This document shows, one piece after another, positions 1-13,744 of a stretch of 64,000 bases of DNA. The stretch lies in the NCBI GenBank assembly GCA_038087875.1, contig JAXLNO010000655.1, forward strand, positions 434,001-498,000, in the 5' to 3' direction. How positions within the stretch are numbered: the stretch's first letter is position 1; the number at the start of each line of letters is the position of its first letter. Origin of the DNA: Malacoraja senta (taxonomy: Eukaryota). The translations under genes were made by a program, and so were the position numbers. The notes under the pieces are model-generated. The model did no database searches. It worked only from the letters and a program-made list of their open reading frames with translations, and was not told where the DNA came from.

Positions 1-194
1 TTGTTGCTCCAAGATATTGTCTGACCCACTAAATTATTTCAACATCCCTGTTTTTATTCGATTACATCGTTAATGAGGTTTGCATAGAATGTATTTGTTC
101 AGTAACTTGAGAAAAGTTCTTCTGAAAGTTTTGATCTTCCAAGCGTTGCAAATGACTACTGTGGGTGTTAGTCAATGCTTTATCTGTTAGATTA

Positions 195-595
195 GAGTCA
201 TAGAGTGATACAGTGTGGAAACAGGCCCTTCGGCCCAACTCGCCCACACCGGCCAACAATGACCCAGCTGCACTAGTCCCACTAGCCTGCGCTTGGTCCA
301 TATCCCTCCAAACCTGTCCGATTCATGTACCTGTCTAACTGTTTCTTAAATCATGGGATAGTCCCAGCCTCAACTACCTCCCCTGGCAGCTTGTTCCATA
401 CACCCACCACCCTTTGTGTGAAAACGTTACCCCTCGGATTCCTATTAAATCTTTTCCCCTTCACCTTGAACCTTTGTCCTCTGGTCCTCGATTCCCCTAC
501 TCTGGGCAAAAGACTCTGTGCATCTACCCAATCTATTCCTCTCATAATTTTGTATAACTCTATAAGATCTCCCCTCATCCTCCTGCGCTCCATTG
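195..595 (-). mobile_element. CR1 LINE 3' fragment (second subfamily)
   Basis: RRMRGDLIELYKIMRG...RVVGVWNKLP. 3' end gggccgaagggcctgtttcc shared with the SINEs. Near-identical copy at 13745-14250. Confidence 0.9.
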
Positions 596-1687
596 AATAC
601 AAAGTGTAGGAGCCATTTATGTTTAGGCTAGCTACTCTTGGCATATTATATTATTTTGTCTAGATATATCTTGCAGTATTATTTGGGGGAATGCGACCTT
701 TTCTTGTCGTATCCCCCGTCTCCGTCTCCATCTGCGCTGAGGCCTAATGGCGGAGCTGGCGGCCTCCAACTGGGTCCGACCTCGAGGCTCCGGAGCAGAA
801 CCAGCCAGGACTTACCAGCGCGAGGCTGGCCGACTTTGGGGCTGTGGCGGCGTTCCGGCGGCGGCGACCCGACTTCGGAGCTGTGGCGGCGTACCCAGCG
901 TTCCGGCGGCGGCCCGACTTCGGAGGCTCGGCCGCGGGCCCAGTGGACGACATCGTCGGGAGCTCGCAGGTCACAGGTTGGTGACCTGTTTTTTCCGGAG
1001 CTCCCGCAACTGGAGGGCGGCAGCTTCGGCAGCTTCGACCACCCCGGGCCGCGGAGTTTGAACCGGCCCGTTCGCGGAGCTCGGATTCAGCCGCGGGACT
1101 GACTTACTTACCATCACCCGGCGGGGTCACAACATCGGAAGCCTGGATCGTCTCAGCGCAGAGAGAGAACAAGGTGGGAAGAGACAAAGACTTTAAGACT
1201 TTTGCCTTCCATCACAGTGAGGAGGTGCCTGGTGAACTCACTGTGGTGGATGTTTAATTTGTGTTTATTGTGTGGTTCTGTTATTTTATTATATGTATGA
1301 CTGCAAGGCAACGAAATTTCGTTCAGACCAGAAGGTGTGAATGACTTTACTTTACTTTATTCCAGGCACAGGGTGGCGGTCATTAGATGCACAGTGGGGC
1401 GTATACAAATGGGCATAGTGGACGGGGAGTGATTCAGACCAGGCACAGGGGCGGAGAGTATACTGTTCTCACCAGATCGGGGAGAACAGCCTAGCTACAA
1501 CTTGTATGCAGAACAAGGAAAGCCCTGTACGTTCATCTCTTTGTTTGTACAACTGCTTCAATAAAGAACCAATTAGACTTGGTCTGCGTAAGATCACTCC
1601 AAGATCACTGTGTAGTAATGGCAATGGAAAAGAAGATACTGGAAAAGTTAGAAATTGGCAATTACACAAAGAACTGCAGAAAACGTT

Positions 1688-2200
1688 TGGTCGCCCAGCA
1701 AAAGAAAGGGTGTCCTTGAGCTGGAAAGAGTGCAGAGAACATTTACGACGATTATGCCAGGATTTGAGGCCCTGAGCTATAGGGAAAGGTTGGGCAGAGT
1801 AAGACTTTATTCCTTGGAGCGCAATGAGGGTGACAGCTAATCTGATAGAGGTATATACAATTAGGAGGGGAACAGATAGGGTGAATGCATAGAGTCTTTT
1901 ACCCAGTGTAAGGGAATCAAGAACCAGAGAACATAGGTTTAAAGTGAGAGGGGCAAGATTTAAAAGCAACCTGAGGTGCAATGTTTTCACACAGAGAGTG
2001 ATGGGTATATGGAACGAGCTGCCAGAGGAGGTAGTTGAGGCAGTAATGTAAACAATATTTAAAAAAAGAATCCTTGGACAGGTATAGTAGATAAGAAAGG
2101 TTCAGAGGGATATGGGCCAATGGTGGGCACATGGGACCAGCTTTGATGGGACATCTTAGGTCGGCAATGGGGCGAGATGGGCCGAAGGGGCCTGTTTCTA
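1688..2200 (+). mobile_element. CR1 LINE 3' fragment, degenerate
   Basis: LERVQRTFTTIMPG...LYSLE plus CR1 3' UTR. Confidence 0.85.
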
Positions 2201-3468
2201 TGACAATATTTGTCGTAGGAACAATATGAATTGGAACAATGAAATTCTTACTTGCTGTAGGTTTTACAGACACATCAATCTGATTAGTTTAGTTTGTTTT
2301 AGTTGAGAGATATAGCACGGAAACAGGCCATTCGGCCCACCCGACCAGCGATCCCCACACACGAACACTAGTCCTACACACACTGGGGACAATTTTACAT
2401 TTATACCAAGCCAATTAATCTCCAAACCTGCACATCTTTGGAGTGAGGGTGGAAAAACGAGGATCTCGGTGCTGGCTCGAAGGGCCGAATGGCCTACTCC
2501 TGCACCTATTGACTATTGTCTATTGTATAAACTACCCACGCAGGTCGCTGGGGAAGAGAACGCACAAACTCCGTACAGACAGCACCGCGTAGTCAGGATC
2601 GAACCGTACCAATCTGGCGCTGTAAGGCAGCAACTCCACCGCTCCGCCACCATGCACCACCGTGTTGTTATAATGAAGATTGTAATCATGCTGCATGCAA
2701 AGTTGATAACTCGCGGGATGGAGGAGAAATGAGGCAAGCACGGTCTTTATTTATGTTTTCCAGCCTTTGCTTTTTTCAGTGGTTGACAAACGTTTTGAAC
2801 AATCATCCCGGAAAATACCTTCCTAATGGAGTCTTCTAATTGTCGTCGAGTTTATTACTGATCTCACACACTTCATACTTCATTAAAAACATTGACGACT
2901 ACAAGGTTTACTGAATTCTTACCAAAATAACTGGAATTAAATTATCACATGCCCACTCCCACACACCGTCTCCTACCAGCAATGAACTGTGACAATGGTA
3001 TAATCTCCAAGCAAATGGAAAGACAGGAGTTTCAATTTGACAGTTTTCTCGTAATCGTCAGTGGTGGATGATAATCCTTTCAGTTATTGCTGTTCATTAA
3101 GCTCAACTACCACACAGATGCTTATTTAAAGATTGCTTTTAATTCTGCCCCTGGGACCACATCGATTCCCCTGATCGTTTGAACGAAGACCACTCTACTG
3201 TGGGTCGAGGCGGGTGAGGAGGGGAGGAGAGAGAACCGGGGTCGGGCCTACCGCGCCTTCAAGGTAATGGAAGCATAGAAATGTAGAAAATAGGTGCAGG
3301 AGTAGGGCCATTCGGCCCCTTCGAGCCAGCACCGCCATTGATCGTGGCTGATCATCCAAAATCAGTACCCTGTTCCCCATAGCCCTTGATTCCGTTAGCC
3401 TGAAGAGCCATATCTAACTCTCTCTTGAATACATCCAGTGAATTGGCCTCCACTGCCTTTTGTGGCAG

Positions 3469-3684
3469 AGAATTCCACAGATTCACAACTCTCTGGGTGA
3501 AAATTCCACAGATTCACAACAATCTGGGTGAAAATTCCACAGATTCACAACTCTGGGTGAAAATTCCACAGATTCACAACTCTCTGAGTGAAAATTCCAC
3601 AGATTCACAACAATCTGGGTGAAAATTGCACAGATTCACAACTCTCTGGGTGAAAATTCCTCAGATTCACAACTCTGGGTGAAA
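3469..3684. repeat. 32-34-bp minisatellite derived from CR1 sequence
   Basis: About 6.5 copies of aattccacagattcacaactctctgggtgaa. Confidence 0.92.
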
Positions 3685-4721
3685 TCAGCAGGTTGGCTGC
3701 GGGAGGCGCCCCCAGGAAACTTTGGTGGACGGGCGAGGAGAGGAGAAGGACGTCGGTTCTGATGTCCAAGGAAGGCCACGGCTGGAGGCCCCACAGCAGC
3801 CTGGCGCTTTGCCTGGAACGGGCACCGCTCATAGTACCTAGAGTGTGGACTCGTCTTTCTAAATGGTGCCAAAACATGGCGCCTCTTGCACACGGAACCA
3901 GTACGCAATTTCTGTACTTTTTCTGTACAATTTGCTCAGTGGTCGGAAGCGCTTTCTCCGGCGACCCCACGGCAAAGTCCCCGCTGCGCCGCCGCTGAAG
4001 CTCTGGGCCCGACTCCGGGAAAGGCCGCACCAAACCAGCTGTGAGGCCAGGAGGAGGGGGGGCGTAGAAGCAAACAAGTAAAAAAGTTGCATCTCCGTCG
4101 AGGTAGGTGCCTTGAAAACGGTTTTCCCCCTAATTCACCCGACCCTCCTCCCCCCCACCACCACCCCCAACACAAGACGATACAGAGAAAACACCAAAAC
4201 ATACTTTTGGACAAACTAAAAAGAAAACAAAAATAGACGAAACAACAAACTCGCTGCAGGCGATGCAGCCGACTGGCAGCGCCACCCGGAGATCTATGTG
4301 TCTTTGCACTTCACACATGTAATAATATAAAGCACCATTGACATTGGACCATTGGACCATTGGACCATTGGACCATTGGCTGCCAGTTGACTACAATGGA
4401 CTGGAAACAGGGTACAGCGGGTAACCACAATGATGTGGCATGCTCAACATACAACAGTGACTGAGGATGTATTTCTATCCACTGTCTTCGGACTCAACCA
4501 CCTATAAGAGTACATCTTGGAGTGCAATAGCCGCACCAGTTCTGCATGTATCTGTGGGAACTTCCATCACAAACATATTGTACAACATATTTCAGGTACC
4601 ACCTCCTGAAACAACTACACCACCATCTCAATACAATCAATCATCTGCGGGTCTATGACTTGAGCATTTCCAATGTAAGGTCTCAGACACACCGGGAGAC
4701 CCAAGTCCAGGACTGACTTAC

Positions 4722-4874
4722 TTTCTGCCGGATTTCTTCTTCCATCTTCACGGGGGGACCCCCACTCGGCGACCTGCCTCACTCCGTCACTGGCAAATCC
4801 GCCGTACTCCCCACAGCATGTAGAGACTTGGAGTGAGATGCCCCGATGATGGCGGACCCAGTGGGTGGCAAACT
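4722..4874 (-). CDS. spon1: Spondin-1-like coding exon 6, with four apparent 1-bp insertions
   Basis: cacgcag| acceptor after a pyrimidine tract; |gtaagt donor. Removing four extra bases gives (K)FATHWSAIIGASHSKSYMLWEYGGFASDGVRQVAEWGSPVKMEEEIRQK. As written it is 153 bp; 149 bp would keep the frame. Confidence 0.88.
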
Positions 4875-5170
4875 CTGCGTGAGGAGGAGAGAGAGAGAAG
4901 GGAGAATGCAATCAACGTTCAAATGCAGCGGCTCCGTAAATGTTTCCGCCAGCCAGTCAACTTGCTGTGTGTGTTGGGATACAATGGAGAGGTTCTGTTT
5001 GCGTGCTATCTCAATTACATCAAATCATACTTTGCTTGAGTGCAATCAAGCCGTACACAGGAACACAACAAGAGACAAATACCAGAGGGCAGGATATAGT
5101 GTTGCAGCTGTATAACGTTACAGTTACAGAGGAAAAGGTCCAGCATGTGCAATGTGGTAGCTGGGAAGAT

Positions 5171-5757
5171 CATAGATAGATACATAGAAAATAGGTGCAG
5201 GAGTAGGCCATTCGGCCCTTCGAGCCTGCACCGCCATTCAATATGATCATGGCTGATCATCCAACTCAGTATCCCGTACCTGCCTTCTCTCCATACCCCC
5301 TGATCCCTTTAGCCACAAGGGCCACATCTAACTCCCTCTTAAATATAGCCAATGAACTGGCCTCAACTACCCTCTGTGGCAGAGAGTTCCAGAGATTCAC
5401 CACTCTCTGTGTGAAAAACGTTTTTCCTCATCTCGGTCTTAAAGGATTTCCCCCCTTATCCTTAAGCTGTGACCCACCTTGTCCTGGACTTCCCCAACAT
5501 CGGGAACAATCTTCCTGCATCTAGCCTGTCCAACCCCATAAGAATTTTGTACGTTTCTATAAGATCCCCTCTCAATCTCCTAAATTCTAGCGAGTATAAG
5601 CAAGTCTATCCAGTCTTTCTTCATATGAAAGTCCTGACATCCCAGGAATCAGTCTGGTGAACCTTCTCTGTACTCCCTCTATGGCTATAATGTCCTTCCT
5701 CAGATTTGGAGACCAAAACTGTACGCAATACTCCAGGTGTGGTCTCACCAAGACCCT
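5171..5757 (-). mobile_element. CR1 LINE 3' fragment, same young subfamily as 21421-24185
   Basis: Nearly identical to 21421-22008, including the 3' UTR and microsatellite tail. Confidence 0.93.
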
Positions 5758-5884
5758 GAGTTTCTCCGAGCATTTTTTCCTACGGACAATAATTAAGATG
5801 ACCACAAAGATGATGAAGATTAGGTTAAAAGATTGGAGGGCTGCCAATTTTGATCAGGACTACACCCCTTGCTTAAAACACCCT

Positions 5885-6198
5885 AGCGCAGCAGTAGAGT
5901 TGCCACCTTACAGCGCTTGCCGCACAAGAGACCCGGGTTCGATCCCGACTACGGGTGCTGCCTGTACGGAGTTTGGAACGTTCTCCCTGTGACCCGCGTG
6001 GATTTTCTCCGAGATTTTTGCTTTCCTCCCACACTCCAAAGATGTATAGGTGTGTAGGTTAACTGGCTTGGTATAAGTGTAAAATTGTCCCTAGTGTGTG
6101 TAGGATAGCGTTAATGTGCTGGGATCGTTGGTCAGTTGCGGTCTCGGTGGGGCCGAAGGGCCTGTTTCTGCGCTGTATCTCTAAAGTAAACTAACTAA
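5885..6198 (+). mobile_element. V-SINE copy. Further plus-strand copies: 11452-11760, 14650-14952, 15563-15858, 17380-17662, 20350-20650, 28985-29275, 32190-32730, 37075-37282, 45850-46045, 49258-49720, 54440-54715
   Basis: Same head, V-domain and tail as 8481-8800. Boundaries approximate. Confidence 0.87.
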
Positions 6199-6290
6199 GC
6201 TTATGGGAGCACCATTCCATAATCTGATCACAGAAGGAGAAGCAATTTGATAATATTGATCATAATATAATACAGATAGGACAATAATTA

Positions 6291-6389
6291 GAGTCTGAAG
6301 AAAGGTCTCGACCCGAAACATCACCTATTTCCTTTTACTCCATAGATGCTGCTCCACACCCGCTGAGTTTCTCCAGCATTTTTTCCTAC
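6291..6389 (+). mobile_element. Short Penelope-pLTR-derived element with 12-bp TSD
   Basis: TSD ggacaataatta at 6279-6290 and 6390-6401. The element starts just upstream of a hammerhead motif (ctgaagaaaggtctcgacccgaaacatc). Confidence 0.8.
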
Positions 6390-8480
6390 GGACAATAATT
6401 AAGATGACCACAGAGATGATGAAGATTAGGTTAAAAGATTGGAGGGGTGCCAATTTTGAGGAGAAAAAAGTTGAGCAAAGAAAATTAAAATAACAAAAAT
6501 ATTGGCATCCGGTGATGCAATATAGCAATGGGAAATAGGTAAAAATAAATCCATTAAAAATACAGGCAAATGACAGGAAAATATTTCTAATGATTCTCTG
6601 CAAATTGATAATGTAAGAACGATATTGATTTTGATGAATGAAGCATCCAAAAAGCTGTTGAGCAACAGTGGAGAGTTTGTTTATTAATTAAGAAAAGATG
6701 TATCTCTCTCTAGCCATAGGCGATGTCATAGATTCATAGTAAAACAGCAGGAAACAGGCCCTTCGGCCCAACTTGCCCATTCCAACCAAGATGCCCCTGT
6801 TTACACTAGTCTGCATTTGGCCCATATCCCTCTCAACCCTTTTATGCATGTAACTGTACAAATGTCTTTTAAATGTTGTTATAATACCTGCCTCAACTAC
6901 TTTCCATCCGACAGCTCATTTCCAATATACCCAACCACCTCTGTGTGAAACATTTGCCCCTCAGGGTTCCCTATTAAATCTTTCCCCCTCTCACCTAAGA
7001 ATAAGGGGTAGGCCATTTAGAACGGAGATGAGGAAACACTTTTTTTACCCAGAGAGTTGAGAATCTGTGGAATTCTCTGCCTCGGAAGGTAGTGGAGGCC
7101 AATTCTCTGGGTGCTTTCAAGAGAGAGTTAGATAGAGCTCTTAAAGATAGTGGAGTCTGGGGATATGGTGAGAAGGCAGGGCCGGGATACTGAATGTGGA
7201 TGATCAGCCCATGATCACAGTGAATGGCGGTGTTGGCTCAAAGTCTATTGTCTATTTTCTAACACCTATTTCCTCTGGTACTTGATTCCCCTCCTCAGGG
7301 TAAAATATTCTGTGCATTCATCCTGTCTATTCCCCTCCTGATTATATACACATCTATACAAGATCACTGCAGTGTTCCAAGGAATATAGTCCACACCTGC
7401 ACAATCTCTCCTGTATCTCAGGCCCTCTAGTCGTGGCAACATCCTGAGTCTGATTGAAGATAGTCCAGGGGTCTCCAATGAGGTATGTGGTAGCTCAGGA
7501 CCGCTATCTAGTCATTGATAGGGTGGGTCAGTTGCCCTGCCAGATAACAGCTGGGAAAGAAACGGCCCCTGAATTTGGAGGTGTGCGTTTTCACACTTCT
7601 GTACCTCTTGCCTGATGGGGACAGGAGGAGATGGTTGAGATAGACACAAACTGCGGGATAGACACAAACTGTGTGGATCAGGTAGCAATCTGTGAAGAAA
7701 AAGGACAGGTTGAATTTCTGGTCGGACCCCCTTCTTTAAACTGCAAGTAGTGGGTGGAAAGGAGCGGGGGGGGCTTGAAGAGCGGGAGGCGAGAAAAAGA
7801 CCAGTAACAATCAGGGCCAGCTACAAATGACCTCAGGCAGGGTACGGTGGTGCCCCCGGTGAGGGAGATTTCTACCCCATAGACTCTCAGTCTGAAGAAG
7901 GGTCCCGATCTGAAACGTCACCTATCCTCTCTCTTCCAGAGATGCTGCCTGACCCGTTGAGTTACTCCAGCTCTTTGCGTCTATCTTCGGTATCACCCAG
8001 CATCGGCAGTTCCTTTGTTTCTGTTGTTGAACCTGAATCATTGTCTACCCCACCCCCAGGCAGATGCCCTGCCACCAGCGATAATTGGCCCGGCATTTTA
8101 CCTGCTTTCTTGGTCTCTCTCGGAGGGTGAACGGACACTTGAGTGGGTTGGGACGTGCTGATGCTGTGACACATAAGGAAATCACTATTGTGCGAGGGCT
8201 AATTGGATGGTACAAGAGCCTCAATAATTCTCCCATTGTTTGACTGTTTCGTACCAGAGTTGAGAAATCACACACTCACATCAGGAGTGATTGAACAAGC
8301 TGGCAAACGTCGAAAGCTTGCCAAGTGAGTGCTCTTGTCCATTATGAAGGCGGTTGATGACCAGATGCTACACGATCGCAGAGTGGGAATTTGGGAGAAA
8401 ACTTTACAATCTAGAGGCACAAAGAAACTGCTGGAATTCTGGAAACCACGAACACGAAGATGAGTACATCAGTACATGCG

Positions 8481-8800
8481 GGCACGGTGGGCGCAGCTGG
8501 TAGAGTTGTTGCCTTGGAGCTGACAGCACCAGGGACCCGGGTTCGATCCCGACTAGGGGTGCTGTCTGTACGGAGTTTGTACCTTCTCCCCGTGACCCGA
8601 GCGGGTTTTCTCCGAGATCTTCGTTTTCCTCCCACACTCCAAAGACGTGCAGGTTTGTAGGTTAATACGCTTGGTATGAATGTAAAATTGTCCCTAGTGT
8701 GTGTAGGATAGCGTTAGTGTGCGGGGATCGCCCGGTCCGGTGTGGACTCGGTGGGCCGAAGGCCTCTATCGCTAAACTAAACTAAAACTAAATTAAACTA
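8481..8800 (+). mobile_element. tRNA-derived V-SINE (HE1-like), representative copy
   Basis: A box (tggcgcag..g) and B box (ggttcgatcc). Central V-domain ggagtttgtac..ctccccgtg..tcctcccacactccaaag. CR1-type 3' end and (CTAAA)n tail. Confidence 0.9.
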
Positions 8801-9544
8801 AAGAGCTAGGGAATGTGAAACAGAAGGATCAGAACATAAAGGAGAACGGAACACAATCTAGAAAAGGAATAGCAAGGATACGTGAAGAGCACTCTTCCAT
8901 TGTCAGAGTGAGGTCAACACAGCAAAACTGAAGGAACCGCAGCTCATGTTCTGCCTGGGCAGCTTGCAAATCCATAGGATGAACACGGAATTCTCTAATT
9001 TTAAGTAACACCCTCCCCCCTTTTGGCTGCTATGCTAGCCAAACAAATTATATAATACTACACAGTATTAAACACTGTAATACTACAAGACCAAAACGCA
9101 AATACAAAAAGGTAGAGCAAAGAGAATCATACCAGAGTACAAAATATAGTTCTCAAGCATTAGTTGTAAGAGTACCAGGGGAAAGGTCCAAATGTCCAGT
9201 GAGGTAGGTTGGACAGTTGGGACTGTAGCCTATTGTATGGAGAGACCGTTCAGAAGTCTGGTAATAGACGGGAAGAAACTATTCCAGAGTCTGGAGGTGT
9301 CTGCTTTCAAGCTTTTGTACCTTCTGCCCATTGGAAGCCAGCAAGAAGTCGGAATGACCGGAGTAGGGAAACACCCTTGATTATGTTGGCTGCTTTCCCA
9401 AAGCATCTTACTGCCTGTTCACTTTTGTAGTTTTTTCTTCAAAGGTATCTCTGCACATTAGGCATTATACTAGTTGTTGGTTCCAAGGCAATTGTGTTCT
9501 TGTTATCTAACCCTGCCTGCTAACCCAGGTGATCCCAGTGGAGC

Positions 9545-9742
9545 AGTTACTAGAGCTGCATTAGTTACTAGAGCTGCATTAGTTAGTAGAGCTGCATTAG
9601 TTACTAGAGCCGTATTAGTTACTAGAGCTGCATTAGTTAGTAGAGTTTCATTAGTTACTAGAGCTGCATTAATTACTAGAGCTGCATTAGTTACTCGAGC
9701 TGCATTAGTTACTAGAGCTGCATTAGTTAGTAGAGCTGCATT
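9545..9742. repeat. 18-bp minisatellite
   Basis: About 11 copies of agttactagagctgcatt. Confidence 0.95.
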
Positions 9743-10521
9743 GGTCGAGTGAAGTGTAGATGGTGTCAGTGGTGGGGAGTCTGGTCTGTGTGATGGACTG
9801 GGCTACATCCACAACCTGCAATTTCTTGGGGGTCTTAGGCAGAGCTGTTCCCAAACCAGGCTGTGAGGAGCAACCCGGACAGTATGCTTTCCAATGGTGT
9901 TAGTTTAGTTAGGTTAGAGATACAGTCCCACCAAGTCCCGCAACCGGACCAGCGATCCCCGCACATTAACACTATGCATACCACCCACACACCAGAGACA
10001 ATCTACATTTATACCAAGCCATTAACCTACAAACCTGTACGTCTTTGGAGTGTGGGAGGAGAACCCGGAGATATCAGAGAAAACTCACACTGGTCATGGG
10101 GAGAACGTTCAAACTCCATACAGACAGCACCCGTAGTCAGGATCGAACCCGGGTCTCTGGCGCTGAAGGTGCTGTAAGGCAGCAACTCTACCGCTGCGCC
10201 ACCTTGCCGCCCGTGTGTCTGTGGAGGGTTTGGAGACATGCCGATATTTCCTCAGCATCACGAGGGAGTAGAGGCGTTGATGAGTTTTCTCGGCTGCAAC
10301 ACCAACGTCGTTGGTCCAGAAAAGATTGTTGGTAATATTTATGCCTCTGAACGTAAACCTGGTAATAACTGATCATCTATTGTATTCTTGCATGTTTATT
10401 TGTTGTGTTGATGCGTTAATGTGTCTGTAAAGCTACAGCAAGTAAGAATGTCATTGTTCAGTTCCTGGTGCATATGACAACGAAACACGCTTGCATCTTA
10501 ACGCAATGGCTATTTTGTTTA

Positions 10522-10758
10522 AGGGCCTGTCCCACTTGGGCGCCATTTGCGTGTCATTTACGCGACATCATTTAGGCATCACGACGCACGACGCGCGCGT
10601 GATGCTCGCATGGTGCGCATTACGCGCGCATGGTGCGTGGTGAAGTAGGCAGTGACGCGCACGCGTCGCGCACTAGGCGCCCCAGGATTTTGGGATTCAC
10701 AAAATCTTCGCGCGCCACCTGCGTGATACGCAAATGACGCCCAAGTGGGACAGGCCCC
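10522..10758. mobile_element. Harbinger-type MITE, CpG-rich subfamily
   Basis: tta|agggcctgtcccacttgggcg...cgcccaagtgggacaggcccc|tta. Confidence 0.85.
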
Positions 10759-13744
10759 TTAAGTCAGCATCTGGAAGGACCTGAGCGGTTCGAGCTGGAA
10801 TTTAGATGCAAGATCTTATCCGATCAGAACAGAGTGTCAAATGTTGGACCTTCCCGTGTTGTTCCCATCTCCAATGTTGCACAAGCCACGAGCTCATGAT
10901 TAATTAGTAAACTGTGAATTAGTCTTGCTGGGGAAACCAGCAACGGCTTCAGCTATTCCAGGAATGACTCTCCCAGCATGTTAGCAGACTAAGCATTTAA
11001 CAGCACGATCAAATGACATTCCTTGCAGGCACGTTACTTGATTAACATCTGCGTTAAAGATAGTGGATAGAGGAATGCCTAACAATGCCTGATACAGCTG
11101 CATCAACATTTTAAGTGGTGAATTCTGAAAGCTGTATCTTTGCACAGGATCCCAGAGACAGAGTCAAGAGTTCAAGCTCAGTTACACATGTCCGTCCACC
11201 AACCCTGTATCCTTTCAGCATCTCCCATCTGGGCCTTGCTCAATATCATGCCATTGCCTTAAACCTTAAACATTATTGTTCACGTTGAAGTATTTCAAAA
11301 TAGGTCCTTTTGTCAAATAATAACTCTCCCAGCCATTTCGAAATGGATTGCATACAAAGGAAGCAACAACTTTCTTCCAATATCTTTAGTTGACTTGTGG
11401 ATGTCTCAAACTTAAGCTGACATTTTACCTTGGGTAACCCTCTTCACCCTTGCCGCACAGTGGCGCAGCGGTAGAGTTGCTGCCCTTACAGTGCCAGAGA
11501 CCCGGGTTCGATCCTGACTACGGGTGCTGTCTGTGTGGAGTTTCTAGGTTCTCCCCGTGACCTGCATGGGTTTTCCTCCGGGTGCTCTGATTTCATCCCG
11601 CACCCCAAAGGTGTGCAGGTTTGTAGGTTAAAATTGTAAATTGAAAAAATTGTAAATTGCCCCGAGTACGTGTAGGATAGTGTTGATGTGCGGGGATCGC
11701 TGGGTTGGCGCGGACTCGGTTGGCCGAAGGGACTGTTTCCGCGCTGTATCTCTAAACTAAAAAAAAAAGTAAAAACCCTGTCCCACGGTACGAGTTCATT
11801 CCAAGAGCTCTCCCGAGTTTTTAAAAAACACTCGTGGTAAGCACGTAGAATGAACGTAGCAGGTAACGTCGGAGGCTCGGGGGACGTCTCTTACGGGCTC
11901 GTAACGCTAGACGGGCAGGTACTCGGGAAGACTCGCTAACGGCAGGTAAGCACGGAGAGACTCGTGAAGATTTTTCAACATGTTGAAAAATGTCCACGAG
12001 AGCCCCGAGTACCGACGAGCTTGCGGCCATTACCGTAAATCTCCGAGTTCGAATCAGGGGAAAACTCAGGAGAGTTCTTGGAATGAACTCGTACCGTGGG
12101 GACAGGGGCTTATAACCTGTCTATTTGAGAGTGCTTATCGTGTGTTAATCAGAAGACTCAAGATGCTTCAAATCTTGAGCAGAAAACAGTGGTGGAGGAA
12201 CTCTGGAGAAAATGGAATCGATGGCGTTTTGGGTCAGAAGATAGTTCCTGCCCCGAATCATCTTCCATCCATTCCACCACCCTGGACCCGCTGAGTTCTT
12301 CCACCACTTTGTTTTTTGCCTCATGTGTTAATTGGGGTTCAATCTCTGCACAAAGGTGCTGGGCACGATTCGATATAAAGTGCTGGGATAAACCACCAGA
12401 TGATCTGCTTGCATTCACAGAGCATAGAGCATAGAAAGGTACAGCACAGGAGCAGGCAGTTCGGCCCACACAGTGCCAAACACAATGCCATGTTAATCTC
12501 CTCTGCCTGCATGTGTTCCATATCCTTGCATCTCCTGCATATCCACGTGCCTATCCTAAAGACTCTTAAACACCACAATTGTATCTGCTTCCACCGCCAC
12601 CCTGACATGTTCCAGGTGCCCACCACTCTCTGTGGAAAAAAAAACCTTACCCCACACATCTCCTTTAAACGTAGCCCCTTTCGCCTTAAAGCTATGTCCT
12701 CAAGTCTTTGACAATTCCACTCTGGGGGATAAGAGGTCTATCCTACATAAGCCTCTTAGTAATATTCTTTGAAGAGATCCAGAGAAATATACCATGTTTC
12801 TTTTTTCTGGACAAGTGCCGAGATGTTTCATATCTAGCTGCGGTGATAAGACAGGAGTCCATTTTAACATCATGCGAAAGATGACATCAGCAATACTGCA
12901 GCATTATAGACAATAGACAATAGGTGCAGGAGTAGGCCATTCGGCCCTTCGAGCCAGCACCACCATTCAATGTGATCATGGCTGATCATCCCCAATCAGT
13001 ACCCCACCCCGTTCCTGCCTTCTCCCCATTCCGCCAGTGCAGCAGTGGATCAGTGTTGCATGAAGCAAAGGACTGGGAGAGCGTTGTTGCTTCACAGCAA
13101 GTCACGTAACCCATCCAATTGATGCCAATGTATTTGTACAATATTACCAAAACTGTGGGATTGGGCGTGGCTGCGGGTAAATTCCGACTGGATTTTTCCT
13201 GTTGATCCGCTGATGGAAAGGTCATTGTAATCCCGGAAATAAGTGCATGAAGGTGGCGAGGTCAAGAATTGGGAGATGGGCAAGTCCCTTAACTCCGATA
13301 CATCTCCCCACAGCAGTGCCATCCAAAATTGCATCATCAACCCATCTTCCTGAGGTAATTACCCAGTACAGGAGCGCCATCACGGGAAGCTAAAGTGCTT
13401 CAATTATCACAGCTGAGAGAACCTGAAGAGAATGATGCGGCTGAAGGTTATGCGAGAATGTGGCCAAATCATTAAAATGGGCTGCAATCAAGTTAAGAAT
13501 GTATTGGTGCAGAGAGGTTCTGCAACTGGAACAAGCCAATAGTCCTGAAATATGGCTTTTAAAAGCTCTGCCATTGCAAGCTGGTCGCTGCATTGCAATG
13601 CAGTCTCACCACTGCACCAGTCCAACGTCACACTCAGGCACACAAAAAACCTCAGTGCCAGAAAAGTGCTGAGGAGATTACTCCTCTAATAGAGTGTGTC
13701 GTCCCTCAGATGGAGCATTTACCCGAGGCTCTTTTTGATTTACA

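Noticed and set aside
638..1102. GC-rich ORFs (also 19047-19911, 52280-52817, 59076-59515)
   Set aside because: Overlapping ORFs in several frames from stop-poor GC-rich repeats, with no recognisable domain.
3469..3684. CRISPR-like array
   Set aside because: Tandem units without unique spacers, CR1-derived, and in a eukaryotic context. The same lack of spacers applies to 9545-9742.
1..4700. spon1 exon 7 (SDEVLTVIKAKAQWP-like)
   Set aside because: Searched by eye and not found; presumably beyond the window edge.
8481..8560. tRNA genes
   Set aside because: A/B boxes run straight into the SINE body with no complete cloverleaf; these are SINE heads.
13040..13340. Possible coding or pseudogene fragment
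   Set aside because: No frame gave a peptide I could recognise; would need BLASTX.
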